Source of the DNA: an uncultured Gemmatimonadales bacterium
Lineage (GTDB): Bacteria > Gemmatimonadota > Gemmatimonadetes > Gemmatimonadales > Gemmatimonadaceae
NCBI GenBank assembly: GCA_963701965.1
Contig: OY969695.1
Span: 1,760,001-1,824,000, forward strand
Length of the DNA stretch: 64,000 bases
Direction: 5' to 3'
Positions 1-10,724 of the stretch are shown here, one piece after another. The position numbers and the translations under genes were made by a program. The notes beneath the pieces are model-generated. The model worked only from the letters and a program-made list of their open reading frames with translations, ran no database searches and had not been told where the DNA came from. Position 1 is the first letter of the stretch. Each line of letters starts with the position of its first letter.

Positions 1-1688
1 GCCTCGGTGAGCACGTCCCGCATCTTGGCGACGTCGTACGTTCGCGTCACCGTGCGTACCCATTTGACGCCGACGCCGCGCACCGCGTCGGCGATGGACA
101 GCCGCGTGCGGCGGATGGGATTCTCGGCCTGCGACGACAGGATGTCCTGGCCGCCCGTCGCCGCGGTATAGCTGTTGTCGACGACGATGAGGACGCTGTC
201 GCTCTGATTGAACACGGCGTTCCCCACACCGCTGGTCAGACCGTTATGCCAGAATCCGCCGTCGCCCATGATGCTGATCGTGCGTTTGGCGGTCTCCTTG
301 GTGTTGAACGCCGCGGCGCCCGCCCAGCCCAGACCGTAGCCCATGGTGGTGGCGCCAATGTTGAATGGCGGCAAGATCGAGAAGAGATGGCAGCCAATGT
401 CCGCGCTCACGTGGTGCGCGCCGAGGTCGCGCTCGACGAGCTTCATGGCGCTGAAGATCGGACGCTCCGGACATCCCGTGCAGAACGACGGGGGCCGCGG
501 ATGCACGGGCAGATCTGCCGCGACCGGAAGCGGCTGGCGCGCCTTCGGCGCGACCAGTCCCGGCGCATAGCGCTCCACGAAAGTGCGGAGACCATTCGTC
601 ACCGTGGCGGCGGTGTATTCGCCGGCCATCGGCAACATGCCCTTCCCGGCGATGTGCGTCGCGATGCCCGCCCGGCGCAGCATCGTATTCAGGTGCTGCT
701 CGATGAAGTCCGGCTGACCTTCCTCTATGACCAGCACCGCGCGCTTGTTGGCGCAGAAGCGGTGCACCTCGTCATCGATCAGCGGATACGTCACGTTCAG
801 CACGTAGAGCGGGACCCTGCCGTCGCCAAAGGCATCGGAGAGGCCGAGCAACTCCAGTGACCGGACCGTCGTGTTGTACATCCCGCCTTGCAGGATGATG
901 CCGATATCCTGACCGGTGTCGCCGAAGACTTCGTTCAGCCTCTGCTCGACGATGAAGCGCTGGGCCGCGGGCCAGCGGTGCTGGATTTTCTCCTGCTCGT
1001 GCAGGAAGCTCGAGGGCGGCAGCACGATGCGACTGGTGTCGCGCACCGGCCGCTCCATGGCGTCCTTGAGCGTAAACGTGGGCCGCACGTTGTCCTTGGC
1101 CATGAACCGGCCGTGGACATGGCAGGCGCGGATCCGGAGCTCGAGCATGACCGGCGTATGGCTCGCTTCGGACAGCGCGAACCCCTGCTCGACGGCGCGC
1201 ACGATCGACGGCAGGTTGGGCCGCGGATCGAGGAGCCACATCTGCGATTTCATGGCGAACGCGTGCGAGCGCTCCTGCATGATGCTGGAGCCATCGCCGT
1301 AGTCCTCGCCGACGATGATCAGCGCGCCGCCGCAGACGCCGCCCGACGCCAGATTGGCCAGCGCGTCGGAGGCCACGTTGGTGCCGACCGTGGACTTGAA
1401 CGTCACGGCGCCGCGGAGCGGATAGTTCACCGACGCGGCCAGCGTGGCCGCGGCCGTGGCCTCGGACGCGCTGTGCTCGAAGTGGACGCCCAGCTCTTCG
1501 AGGATGCTATTGGCATCCGTGAGCACGTCCATCAGATGCGAGATGGGCGCGCCCTGGTAGCCGGCCACGTAGGACACGCCCGACTGCAGCAGCGCCTTGG
1601 TCACGGCGAGGATGCCCTCGCCGTGAAACTCCTCACCGGCGCCCAGATAGAGCTTCCGAACTTCCTTGGTGAAAGTTCGCTCAGCCAT
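1..1688 (-). CDS. iorA: Indolepyruvate ferredoxin oxidoreductase alpha subunit (runs off left edge; absent from the ORF track)
   Basis: Manual translation from ATG 1688: MAERTFTKEVRKLYLGAGEEFHGEGILAVTKALLQSGVSYVAGYQGAPISHLMDV; later PPSFCTGCPERP and TPP motif MGDGGFWHNG. Confidence 0.9.
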   Translation of the reverse strand, partial: MAERTFTKEVRKLYLGAGEEFHGEGILAVTKALLQSGVSYVAGYQGAPISHLMDVLTDANSILEELGVHFEHSASEATAAATLAASVNYPLRGAVTFKSTVGTNVASDALANLASGGVCGGALIIVGEDYGDGSSIMQERSHAFAMKSQMWLLDPRPNLPSIVRAVEQGFALSEASHTPVMLELRIRACHVHGRFMAKDNVRPTFTLKDAMERPVRDTSRIVLPPSSFLHEQEKIQHRWPAAQRFIVEQRLNEVFGDTGQDIGIILQGGMYNTTVRSLELLGLSDAFGDGRVPLYVLNVTYPLIDDEVHRFCANKRAVLVIEEGQPDFIEQHLNTMLRRAGIATHIAGKGMLPMAGEYTAATVTNGLRTFVERYAPGLVAPKARQPLPVAADLPVHPRPPSFCTGCPERPIFSAMKLVERDLGAHHVSADIGCHLFSILPPFNIGATTMGYGLGWAGAAAFNTKETAKRTISIMGDGGFWHNGLTSGVGNAVFNQSDSVLIVVDNSYTAATGGQDILSSQAENPIRRTRLSIADAVRGVGVKWVRTVTRTYDVAKMRDVLTE

Positions 1689-1696
1689 GGTTGGTC

Positions 1697-1725
1697 AATC
1701 TGGGTAGTGATACTTTAAATGTCAA
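1697..1725 (-). promoter_or_regulatory. Putative sigma70 promoter for iorA
   Basis: Minus strand TTGACA (1725-1720), 17 nt, CAGATT (1702-1697), then 8 nt to ATG. Confidence 0.5.
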
Positions 1726-2507
1726 GCATCTCCGATCAACGCCAGGACGCGGCAGGGACTGCCGGACCCGTTCACGATCTTGAGCGGCGGCGTGATCAGG
1801 ATCGCGCCCTTGGGCGGCAGCTGATCGAGATTGGTGAGGCTCGCCAGTCCGAACTTGTTGTTCCCATGCATGATGCTGTGGCAGGGGAACGGGGGGTCGA
1901 ACGTGAACGCCTGGCCGGCATCGGTCCCCACGCCTTCCGAGCCCCACCCGATCACGTTCCGTTCGCGGGCCAGGAAAGGCACGAGGTCGGGATGCGGACC
2001 GGGCACATGCGCGCCGTCCTCCTTCATATTGAGGAACGCCGACGGGTCGCGGCGCTTGGACCAGTCGGTGCGCATGAGAACCCAGCTCCCGGCTTCGACC
2101 CGGCCATGCGTTTTCTCCCACGTCTCGATATGGCCGGGCGTCAGGAGAAAATCGGAATCGGCCGCGGCCTCGCGCGACACATCGACGACGCACGCGGGCG
2201 CCAGGAACTGCTGCACCGGGATGCTGTCGGTCGCGTTGTGGGGGTAGTCCTTGCCGGTCACCCAATGGATCGGCGCATCGAAGTGCGTCCCGGTATGCTC
2301 GCCGCAGGAGAAGTTGTTCCAGTACCAGGCCGGCCCCCGGCTGTCGTACTTGGAAATTTCCTCCAGGCGGAATGGCCACGAGGGACCGAAGTCGGGCGGC
2401 AACTGAATGACGGCGGTCCGCGCATCCAATGGCTGGCTCAGATCGACCACCCGGACCGCGCCCGTGACGAGCGCCCGCGTGAGCCGACTGAGGAGATCAT
2501 CTGGCAT
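1722..2507 (-). CDS. Cyclase family metallo-amidohydrolase (isatin hydrolase/kynurenine formamidase-like)
   Basis: YWNNFSCGEHTGTHFDAP metal motif, DAGQA, GSGSPCR. Confidence 0.9.
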   Translation of the reverse strand: MPDDLLSRLTRALVTGAVRVVDLSQPLDARTAVIQLPPDFGPSWPFRLEEISKYDSRGPAWYWNNFSCGEHTGTHFDAPIHWVTGKDYPHNATDSIPVQQFLAPACVVDVSREAAADSDFLLTPGHIETWEKTHGRVEAGSWVLMRTDWSKRRDPSAFLNMKEDGAHVPGPHPDLVPFLARERNVIGWGSEGVGTDAGQAFTFDPPFPCHSIMHGNNKFGLASLTNLDQLPPKGAILITPPLKIVNGSGSPCRVLALIGDA

Positions 2508-2522
2508 GGAGCGTCCTCCTCT

Positions 2523-4265
2523 CTATTGAGTTCCGCGCAATCTACTCGCGGCAATGCGGCGCATTGCGTCCTCGTGGCGCCGGGGGTCGGTGAGATCGTA
2601 GGGCGACTCGTCCGGCGCGGCGTCAGATGAATCGAGCAGCATGGTCTCGAAATCGAGATCGCGTTGCACGCGCCGCAGGGCATCGTCGCCGATCGTCCCC
2701 CGGTCGCGCATCGTGATCACCGCTTCGCGCTCGGCGTCGATCATGTCGCAGCGCGCCCACCGGTAGGCATCGCTCCACGCGTGAGCCTCGGCTTCAGCGG
2801 CGCGATCTTCCTCGACGTCGGACCGGCGATTGTGCAACTGCCAGTGCTTCGCGCTCTTCTCGTACTGCGCCCGCAGCGCGGCGACGATCCCCGGGGGCAA
2901 GGCCTCGCGGGCCTCGAGATCGGCGAGCCGCACGAGCCCGGCTTCGGCGGCCGCCAATCGCGCCGAGTCCTCTTCCATGTTGTCCGGCTCCTCGCCCCGC
3001 AACCCCAGCCACCGGATCACGGGCGACAACGTCAACCCCTGCAGGACCAGCGTAGCGAAGATGACGCCGAAGGTGACGACCAGGATGAGATCGCGGGCCG
3101 GAAACGCGGCGCCCGATGCGGTCAGATACGGAAGCGCCAGCGCAATGATGAGCGAGTCGGCGCCGCGCAGGCCGGCCCATCCAATGAACGTGATGTGGCG
3201 GACTCCCCGCATGTAGGGCATCGCGTCGGTATCCTCGCGATGCTTGGAGCGGATGAACCGCCGCAGGAGCCGGGGCAAGTAGGCGCTGGGAAAGACGTAG
3301 AGCATCCGCACGCCGATCACCACCGCGCTCACCACCGCCGTGTACCACGCCAGCTGCTCGAACGAGTGCGTGCGCAATCCGGCGCGCACCACCGGCAGCT
3401 CGAATCCAATGAAGATGAACGTCAGGCTCTCCAGCACGAACACGAGCATCGACCACACCGCTTCCGACTGGATCCGCGTCGCCGCCGGTGTCGTGTTGAG
3501 GGTCGTGCGGCCCAGATAGAGTCCCACGGTGACTACGGCGAGGATGCCCAATGCGCCGAGGCGGTCGGCCGGGATGTAGGCGGCGAACGGCGTCAGGAGC
3601 GCGACGGCGTTCTCGACAATGGGGATCCGTCCGACGTAGCGCACGATCGCCGTGCGCAGGAAGGCGACACCCCGGCCCACGATCAGCCCGACCGCAATGC
3701 CGGTGATGGCGGCATACGAGAAGCGCCAGAAGACGTGTTCGGGGCGGAACGCTCCCGCGACGGCGGCGGCCACGGCGATCCGGTAGGCCACCAGCGCGGT
3801 CGCGTCATTGAGTAGCCCTTCGCCCTCCAGCACGCGGGTGATCGCGGACGATACGCCGAGCGGGCGCATCACCGCGATGGCGGCGACCGGGTCGGGCGCC
3901 GCGACAATGGCGCCCAGCGCGAACGCTGCCGGCCAGGTGAACTCTGGTGTCAGCTCGTGGGCGACGACCGCGACCGCGCCAATGGTCACCAGCACGAGCC
4001 CAACTGCCAGCCGCGCGATGGGTGCCCATTCGATCTGAAAATCCCGGAGGGAGCTCGTGATCGAGTCCCAATAGAGGAGCGGCGGGATGAACAGGACGAA
4101 GAGAACTTCCGGATTCAACTCGAGCTGCGGTACGCCCGGGACCAACGCCAGCAGCAGCCCACCAATGACCAGGAGCACCGGGTGCGGGACGCCGATCCGG
4201 CTCGCGACCGCGCGCAGCAACCCGGCGACCGCCAGCAGGATCAAGATCAGCTGGATCGCCGCCAT
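2523..4265 (-). CDS. CPA1 family Na+/H+ antiporter
   Basis: Multiple TM helices, FIPPLLY, PDPVA, LEGEGLLNDATAL, GLRG, cytoplasmic tail. Confidence 0.9.
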   Translation of the reverse strand: MAAIQLILILLAVAGLLRAVASRIGVPHPVLLVIGGLLLALVPGVPQLELNPEVLFVLFIPPLLYWDSITSSLRDFQIEWAPIARLAVGLVLVTIGAVAVVAHELTPEFTWPAAFALGAIVAAPDPVAAIAVMRPLGVSSAITRVLEGEGLLNDATALVAYRIAVAAAVAGAFRPEHVFWRFSYAAITGIAVGLIVGRGVAFLRTAIVRYVGRIPIVENAVALLTPFAAYIPADRLGALGILAVVTVGLYLGRTTLNTTPAATRIQSEAVWSMLVFVLESLTFIFIGFELPVVRAGLRTHSFEQLAWYTAVVSAVVIGVRMLYVFPSAYLPRLLRRFIRSKHREDTDAMPYMRGVRHITFIGWAGLRGADSLIIALALPYLTASGAAFPARDLILVVTFGVIFATLVLQGLTLSPVIRWLGLRGEEPDNMEEDSARLAAAEAGLVRLADLEAREALPPGIVAALRAQYEKSAKHWQLHNRRSDVEEDRAAEAEAHAWSDAYRWARCDMIDAEREAVITMRDRGTIGDDALRRVQRDLDFETMLLDSSDAAPDESPYDLTDPRRHEDAMRRIAASRLRGTQ

Positions 4266-4279
4266 GCCGTATCGTAATA

Positions 4280-6944
4280 CTATTCCGCGCGGAGGGCGTC
4301 GACGGGGTTGACGCGCGTCGCCTGGCGCGCCGGAACGTACGTCGCAATGAGCGCGACCAGGGCGAGGAGTGCGGCCACCGCAGCGTAAGTGAGCGGATCC
4401 GCGGGGGTGACTTGGAAGAGCACGGCGCGCATGCCGCGGGCGAGGATGAGCGCCGCCCCGACCCCCACCGCGAGCCCGAGCAGCGTCATCGTCATGCCTT
4501 GCCGCGACACGAGGGCCACGACATCGCGGGGCGCCGCGCCGAGTGCCACCCGCAGTCCGATCTCCGCCCGGCGCTGACTCACGGTATACGCGACGACGCC
4601 GTACAAGCCGAGCGCGCCGAGCAATAAGCCGAAGCCGCCGAAGATCCCTAAGAGCACCGAGAGAAGGCGCGGGCGGGCCACGGCCCGGCTCTGGACATCA
4701 TCGAGGGTCGTGATCTGACCGATCGCCTGATCCTTGTCGACCGACCAGATGGCCTGGCGCACGGCCGCCGCCATGGCGGCCGGCTCGCCACGCGTGTGGA
4801 CGACGAGGGTCACCGTCGAGCGGAAGTCTTGCAGAGCGGCGATGAAGATCGTCGGCACAGGAGGCGCATCGAGGCCTGCCTGGTGGACATCGCCGGCGAT
4901 GCCGACGATCCCAATGGCGCTCCCGCCCTCCCTGAACACCAGGCGCTGGGCCAACGCGGCTTCCGGAGACCGCGACAGATAGCGACGCGCGAACGCCTCG
5001 TTCACCACAATCACGTCCGGCGCGCCCAGCGTGTCTCGGGCCGAGAACTCCCGGCCGATGAGGATCGGGATACCGAGCGTTTGAAAGTAGTTCGCGCTGA
5101 CGTGAAAGACCGACGCCCTCGGCGCCCGGGTCGGCCTCGGAAACGGTTGCCCCGCGACCCCGAACGTCCATGACTCCTCGCCTCCGTCGAGCGGGAGCAC
5201 CTTCGTCGCGCCGGCGGCACGGACGCCGGGGATGGCGCGGACGCGATCGAGCACGGTGGCATAGTACCGCGCCGCGGTCGTGTCATCGTAGCGCCGGCTG
5301 GGGACGGCGAACCGCACCGCCAGGGTATGATCCACCCGGAACCCCGGATCGGTCGCCAGCAGGTGGCGGAAGCTCCGCACCATGAGTCCCGCGGCCGAGA
5401 TGAGCATCATGGCGATGGCGACCTGCGCCGTCACCAACACTTGGCGAAGCCGGTGTCCTTCGACCCCGCCGGTGACCCGCCGGCCGCGCCCGTCGGCGAG
5501 GGCGACGCGCACCGCCGGAATCGCGCCGAACACGAGACCCGACAGGACGGCGACCGCGAATGTGACGACCAGCACGGAGCCGTCGATGCGCGCCGTCGGC
5601 AGGCGCGGCAGTTCGCCGGCGGCCAAATGGACGAGCAGCAGCAGCGTGATGCGCGCCACGGCGAGACCGCCGACGGCGCCGAGGAGCGCCAACAGCAGAC
5701 TCTCGGTCAGCACCTGCCGGGCGACGCGGCGCCGGCGAGCGCCGAGCGCGATGCGCAGCGCGAACTCGCGGGAGCGGGCGTTGGCGCGCGCCAACACGAG
5801 GCCCGCGACGTTCACGCTCACAGTGAGCAGGACGCAGGCGACGGCGACGAGCATCACGAGCAACGCCGGCCGGACATCGCCCACGACGGAGTCGATCAGC
5901 GGCATGACCTGAGCGGCAGTCCAGCCCTCATCGGCGTCGGGATACGCCGCCGCAAGAATGTCGCTGGACGCTGGCGATGTCCGCGCGAGCCTGCGCCGGA
6001 GTCAGTCCGTCCCGGAGCCGCCCCACCACGTTGAGCCAGCGCATCGACCTCAACTTCCACGGGGTGGCGTCCTGAGATTCGTACAGCACCGATAACCAGA
6101 TGTCGGGTCCAACGCCGGTACCGGGGAATCGCATCGACGGCGGCATGACGCCGACGACGATGTGCGGAATGCCTTGCAGCACGATGGCTTTGCCCACGAT
6201 CGACGAGTCGCCGCCGAACCGGCGCTGCCACAAACCATCGCTCAGCACGACGACGCGCTGGCCCCCCTCCTGCATCTCGTCCGGACGCGCCGTGCGGCCG
6301 ACTTCGGCGGCGACGCCGAGGGTTCGGAAGAACGTGGGAGTCACGAACGCCGGGTCGAGGCTCTCGGGCGGTCCGCCCCCCGTGAGATCGACCGACGATT
6401 TGCCGGGGATGAACCAGAAGGCGGCCAGGTCGACGAACGCGTGTTGGCTTTGCCGCCAGTCCTCGAAGTCCGGCGTCGAGATCAGCGCAGCGTCGGTCGT
6501 CTGGCTGGGATCAACCGGCCACAGGCGCACCAACCGGTCCTGGCGGGGGAACGGCAGCGGCTCGAGCAGGACCTGGTAGACGATGCTGCTGATCGCCGCG
6601 GTCGCACCGATGCCGAGCGCGAGCGTCAGCGTCGTGGCGATCGTGAACAGGGGGTTGCGGCGCAACAACCGGACGGCGTAGCGCGCATCCTGTCCGATAC
6701 CGCGCCACCAGGCGGCGCGCCGGACGACCGTGACCTGCGACTGCTCGATGGCGACGATCGCCGCCCGCGTGCGCTCGACGTCGCCAAACCGGCGGGCGGC
6801 CTCGGCGCCCGCCTGCTCCCCGCTCATGCCTTGCGCCATGAGCTCTTCGCGCCGGAGCGCCAGATGGGCCGCGATCTCGGCGTCGACGTCATCGCCGACC
6901 CGCGGCTCCTGCCGCTCGATACGGAACAATCGCCGGCGCGCCAT
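4280..6944 (-). CDS. ADOP-type ABC transporter permease (MacB/FtsX domains), split by a +1 frameshift at ~5958
   Basis: Start MARRRLFR at 6944; TLALGIGATAAI, REFALRIALGA, EIGLRVALGA, PVDALRAE; removing one T gives continuous QRHLAAAYPDADEGWTAAQVMPL. Confidence 0.85.
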
Positions 6945-6949
6945 CGGCG

Positions 6950-7279
6950 CTACGCGGTTTCCAACACGCGGGACACGGCCGCGACGTAGCGTCGCCAGAG
7001 CGACGTGCGGGCCGAAAGTTGTTTCTTTCCGGCTGGTGTCAGCGCGTAGTACTTCGCGGGCCGATTGCTCTCGGAGCGGCCCCACTCGCTCGAGACCCAC
7101 CCGCGTTTCTGCAACCGGTGAAGCGCGGTATAGAGCGCGCCGTCCTCGACGACCAGCTCGTCCTGCGTGCGCTCGCCGATCCACCGGGCCACGGCGTATC
7201 CGTGGCGCGGCTCCCAGCTCAGGGCTTTGAGGATGAGGACATCGAGCGTGCCCTGCAGCAGGTCGAGATCAGACTCCAC
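6950..7279 (-). CDS. PadR family transcriptional regulator
   Basis: LLQGTLDVLILKAL, HGYAV, GALYTALHRL, YYALT. Confidence 0.92.
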   Translation of the reverse strand: MESDLDLLQGTLDVLILKALSWEPRHGYAVARWIGERTQDELVVEDGALYTALHRLQKRGWVSSEWGRSESNRPAKYYALTPAGKKQLSARTSLWRRYVAAVSRVLETA

Positions 7280-7286
7280 GGCGGCG

Positions 7287-7335
7287 ACCCATCAACATTT
7301 GAGGGTACTCTACGTACGCCCGCAGTCGACGTCAA
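7287..7335 (-). promoter_or_regulatory. Promoter and candidate PadR operator
   Basis: TTGACG (7335-7330), 17 nt, TAGAGT (7312-7307); imperfect inverted repeat ACCCATCAACATTTGAGGGT at 7287-7306 immediately downstream. Confidence 0.55.
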
Positions 7336-7344
7336 GCGAATTTT

Positions 7345-8322
7345 TTAGCGCCGGTGCAGCACCGACAGGGCGTAGACCGCTGACCGCAGGGGGACAAGCG
7401 GATCGTCGGACAGCTGGATCCCGTCGCTGAGATAGATGGGATTGAACGCCAACTTGCGTTGGAGACCGGCGTTGTCCGGGGCGACCGTCGTGAGGGTCAC
7501 GACACCCAGCTCGGCGAACTTCCGGTCGTCCGGCCACGGGATCGAGCCATCCTTCGTCTGATCGCCGGGGTTGGCGAGCTGCGCGAGAACCCGCAGCTTG
7601 ACCGGCTTCGACTTGAGACGCCGCGGCAGCTCCTCGAACAGATAGTTGGGGGAAATCTTGGCGGCCGCCGCGGAATCGAGATACTTGGTCCCGTCCACCG
7701 GCACGATCTTGTACCGCACCGCTTGCTTGGTGCCCGCGGCGTTCACGAAGATGAACGCGTTGTTCCCGAACCACTGTTCCGTGGCAAAGCTCACGGGGAC
7801 AGGCTTGGGATCCGTGGCGAACTTGAGCGCGCGGGGATGTCCCTGGAGAAACTTCTCGACGGGCGAGGGATGCGGTCCGCCCGGCTTGGTCGCGGCGACG
7901 GATTCCAGAAACGCAGCGAAATCCTCGCCGTTCGACACCACGAACCCATTGTGCGAGTTGGCGACGATATCGGTGTACGCCCCATTGGGGAGCGTGAACC
8001 GGACGGCGATCCCGCGCGGCGCGGAGTTGGGGTTGTTGTCGGGAATGTCGGGGACACCCGTCGCGTCCGAGTACCGCACGATGACCGGCGTGGGCGCCGC
8101 CAAGTGCGGCGCGCGACTCAGCGCCGACGCGCCCGGCGCCGGGGCGAACGTTCCAGTGACAATGATCCCCTTGGCGTGATTGATGCGAAATCCGGGATGG
8201 CTCCCGAACAGCGTCAGGAAATCGTCGGCGATGCGCTGCGGCAAACTCTTGGCCGGCGCCTGGGCGGTCAGCGCGGCCGGTGCGGCTGCCACGATGAGCC
8301 CCATCAACTTGAGAAAACGCAC
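7345..8322 (-). CDS. Secreted catalase-related peroxidase (SrpA-like)
   Basis: Signal peptide, RINHAKG distal His, C-terminal RSAVY proximal Tyr. Confidence 0.88.
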   Translation of the reverse strand: MRFLKLMGLIVAAAPAALTAQAPAKSLPQRIADDFLTLFGSHPGFRINHAKGIIVTGTFAPAPGASALSRAPHLAAPTPVIVRYSDATGVPDIPDNNPNSAPRGIAVRFTLPNGAYTDIVANSHNGFVVSNGEDFAAFLESVAATKPGGPHPSPVEKFLQGHPRALKFATDPKPVPVSFATEQWFGNNAFIFVNAAGTKQAVRYKIVPVDGTKYLDSAAAAKISPNYLFEELPRRLKSKPVKLRVLAQLANPGDQTKDGSIPWPDDRKFAELGVVTLTTVAPDNAGLQRKLAFNPIYLSDGIQLSDDPLVPLRSAVYALSVLHRR

Positions 8323-8346
8323 GAGGGTCCCTACCGTTGGCGATTA

Positions 8347-9504
8347 ATGCTGACGATCAATGAGGCCTTCGCCACTACGGTACTGCAAGACCTGGTGCGC
8401 ATCAACTCCGTCAACCCGTCGCTGAGCGCCGCGGGGGTGGGTGAGGCGGCGATCGCGACGTATACCGCGGGGACGCTGGCGGCGCTGGGCATGGAGGTGC
8501 ACCGGCACGAGCCTATGCCGGGGCGCGTGTCGGTTGTCGGGCGTTTGCCGGGCTCGGGCGGCGGGCGGTCCCTCATGCTGAATGCGCACTACGATACCGT
8601 CGCGGTCGACGAGATGCCGGATCCGTTTGGCGCGGTCGTACGCGAGGGCCGTTGCTACGGTCGCGGGGCGTACGATATGAAGGGCAGCCTGGCGGCGTGT
8701 GTCGCCGCCGTGAAGGCAATGCGTGAGGCGGGGGTGCGGCTCAAGGGCGACCTGCTGATCGCCGCCGTCGCCGATGAAGAACATGCGAGTCTCGGCACAA
8801 GCGACCTGATCGGCCGCTATCGCGTCAATGGGGCCATTGTTACCGAGCCGACGAGTCTGCAGGTGTGTCTCGCGCACAAGGGATTCGTCTGGCTTTCGGT
8901 CTCGGTCGAAGGGCGGGCGAGCCATGGCAGCCAGTGGACCCAGGGCATTGACGCGAACGTCCGCCTCGGCCGCGTCCTGGTGGGGCTCGAGGCGTTGGCG
9001 TCGACGCTCACCGCGCGCACGCCGCACCCGCTGGTGGGCCCGCCGTCGTTGCACGCGGCGCTGGTGTCGGGCGGCACCGGAATGAGCACGTACGCGGCGT
9101 CGGCCACCGTCCAGATCGAACGGCGCACGATTCCCGGCGAGACGACGGCGCAGGTGGTGGCCGAGGTCGAGCAGCTCGTTGGCGCGATCGCGGCGGAGGA
9201 TGCGACGTTCCGGGCGTCGGTGCGCGTCGATCTCGCTCGCGACCCGTTCGAGGTCCGGCCCGAGGCGGCGATCGTCCAGGCGATCGGGGGCGCGACCACG
9301 GACGTGCTGGCCGCGCCGCCGCGCTATGTCGGCGAGAACCCCTGGATGGACTCGGCGCTGCTCTCGGCCGCGGGCATCGAGACGGTGGTCATGGGACCGC
9401 ACGGGGCCGGCGCGCATTCCAAGGAAGAGTGGGTCGACCTCAAGTCGGTCGCGCAGTTCGCGGCGATCCTGTCCGGGGCCGCCCGGAGGTACTGCGGCGA
9501 ATGA
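8347..9504 (+). CDS. M20 family ArgE/DapE-like deacylase
   Basis: LNAHYDTV, YGRGAYDMKG, DEE, TEPT, GAHS..E; start placed at ATG 8347. Confidence 0.9.
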   Translation: MLTINEAFATTVLQDLVRINSVNPSLSAAGVGEAAIATYTAGTLAALGMEVHRHEPMPGRVSVVGRLPGSGGGRSLMLNAHYDTVAVDEMPDPFGAVVREGRCYGRGAYDMKGSLAACVAAVKAMREAGVRLKGDLLIAAVADEEHASLGTSDLIGRYRVNGAIVTEPTSLQVCLAHKGFVWLSVSVEGRASHGSQWTQGIDANVRLGRVLVGLEALASTLTARTPHPLVGPPSLHAALVSGGTGMSTYAASATVQIERRTIPGETTAQVVAEVEQLVGAIAAEDATFRASVRVDLARDPFEVRPEAAIVQAIGGATTDVLAAPPRYVGENPWMDSALLSAAGIETVVMGPHGAGAHSKEEWVDLKSVAQFAAILSGAARRYCGE

Positions 9505-10349
9505 GCGATCTGTCAGGGGTACGCGTCGTCAGCGTCGCCGTCTATGTCCCCGTGCCCGTCGCCGCGCGGCGTCTGACCGCGCTCGGCGCTTCGGTCACGG
9601 CGGTCGAGCCGCCCGGCGGCGATGCGTTCGCGGTCTGGTGCCCGCGCTGGTACGCCGAGCTGCGCGCCGGCCAGACCGTGCGGCGCATGGACCTCAAGGA
9701 CGCGACCGAACGCGCGCAGCTCGCCGTGCTGCTCGACGACGCCGACGTGTTGCTGACGAGCGCCCGGCGCGCGGCGCTTGGTCGGCTCGGGTTGGACTGG
9801 CCGACGCTGCACACGCGGCATCCCCGCCTCTGCCACGTCGCGTTGGTCGGCTGGGAATCGCCGGCCGACGACCATCCGGCACACGATCTCAATTTCCAGG
9901 CGACGCTGGGCCTCATCACGCCGCCGGCGCTCCCGATCACGCTGTTCGCCGATCTAGCGGGCGCGGAGCGAGTCGTGACGGCGGCGCTGTCGCTGCTGTT
10001 GGCGCGAGAGCGGGGGCGGGGCGCGGGCATGGCCGATGTGTCGCTCGAGGGCGCGGCGGCGCCGTTCGCGGATCCCATCCGGCACGGGCTTACGTCACCT
10101 GGCGCACTGTTGGGCGGCGCGCTGCCCGGATACGGCGTCTATCGAGCGCGCGAGGGATGGGTCGCGGTCGCGGCGCTGGAGCCGCATTTCTGGTCGGCGC
10201 TCGTGGCGGGATTGGCGCTCGATCCCAGCGCCGACCATGCGGCGCTCCAGGAGGCGTTCGCCCTGGACACCGCGGCGCACTGGGAAGCGTGGGCGCGCGA
10301 GCGGGGTTTGCCGCTAGTCGCCATCGCGCGGGACATCGTTCCGCATTAG
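9501..10349 (+). CDS. CaiB/BaiF family (class III) CoA transferase, short form
   Basis: VEPPGGD, MDLK, ADVLL, HDLNFQA, FADLAGA; ATGA overlap with upstream gene. Confidence 0.82.
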   Translation: MSDLSGVRVVSVAVYVPVPVAARRLTALGASVTAVEPPGGDAFAVWCPRWYAELRAGQTVRRMDLKDATERAQLAVLLDDADVLLTSARRAALGRLGLDWPTLHTRHPRLCHVALVGWESPADDHPAHDLNFQATLGLITPPALPITLFADLAGAERVVTAALSLLLARERGRGAGMADVSLEGAAAPFADPIRHGLTSPGALLGGALPGYGVYRAREGWVAVAALEPHFWSALVAGLALDPSADHAALQEAFALDTAAHWEAWARERGLPLVAIARDIVPH

Positions 10350-10359
10350 ATAGGGGGGC

Positions 10360-10719
10360 ATGAAACTCCGCTCTGCTCTCGGTCTCGCGTCACTGGTCGT
10401 GTTCGCGGGCGCCGCGCAACCCGGTCCGACCAAACGGATCCCGCAATTCGAGAATGACCAGGTCAAGGTCTGGAAGTCGGTCGTCATGCCGAACGCGCCC
10501 TTGGCGCTGCACCGGCATGACCACCCGCGCGTCATCATCGCGCTCACCGGCGGCACGATGAAGATCGTCGCGCAGTCGGGGACGACCGAAGTGCATCAGT
10601 GGGACACGGGCAAGGCCTATTGGCTCCCGGCGAACGCGCCGGGCGAGTTGCACACGGATGTCAATGCCGGGACGGCGCCGATCGAAGTAATGGTCGTCGA
10701 GCTCCTGAACGCGAAGTAG
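10360..10719 (+). CDS. Secreted cupin domain protein
   Basis: Signal peptide, FENDQVKV, HRHDHPRV, LHTDVN. Confidence 0.75.
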   Translation: MKLRSALGLASLVVFAGAAQPGPTKRIPQFENDQVKVWKSVVMPNAPLALHRHDHPRVIIALTGGTMKIVAQSGTTEVHQWDTGKAYWLPANAPGELHTDVNAGTAPIEVMVVELLNAK

Positions 10720-10724
10720 CCACC

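Noticed and set aside
5928..5970. Programmed ribosomal frameshifting in the split genes
   Set aside because: No slippery heptamers; the CATCT context lies on the non-coding strand in GH15, so the effect is DNA-level or technical
7459..9504. 681-aa fusion ORF
   Set aside because: First ~296 aa are the antisense of the catalase gene; M20 homology starts at 8347
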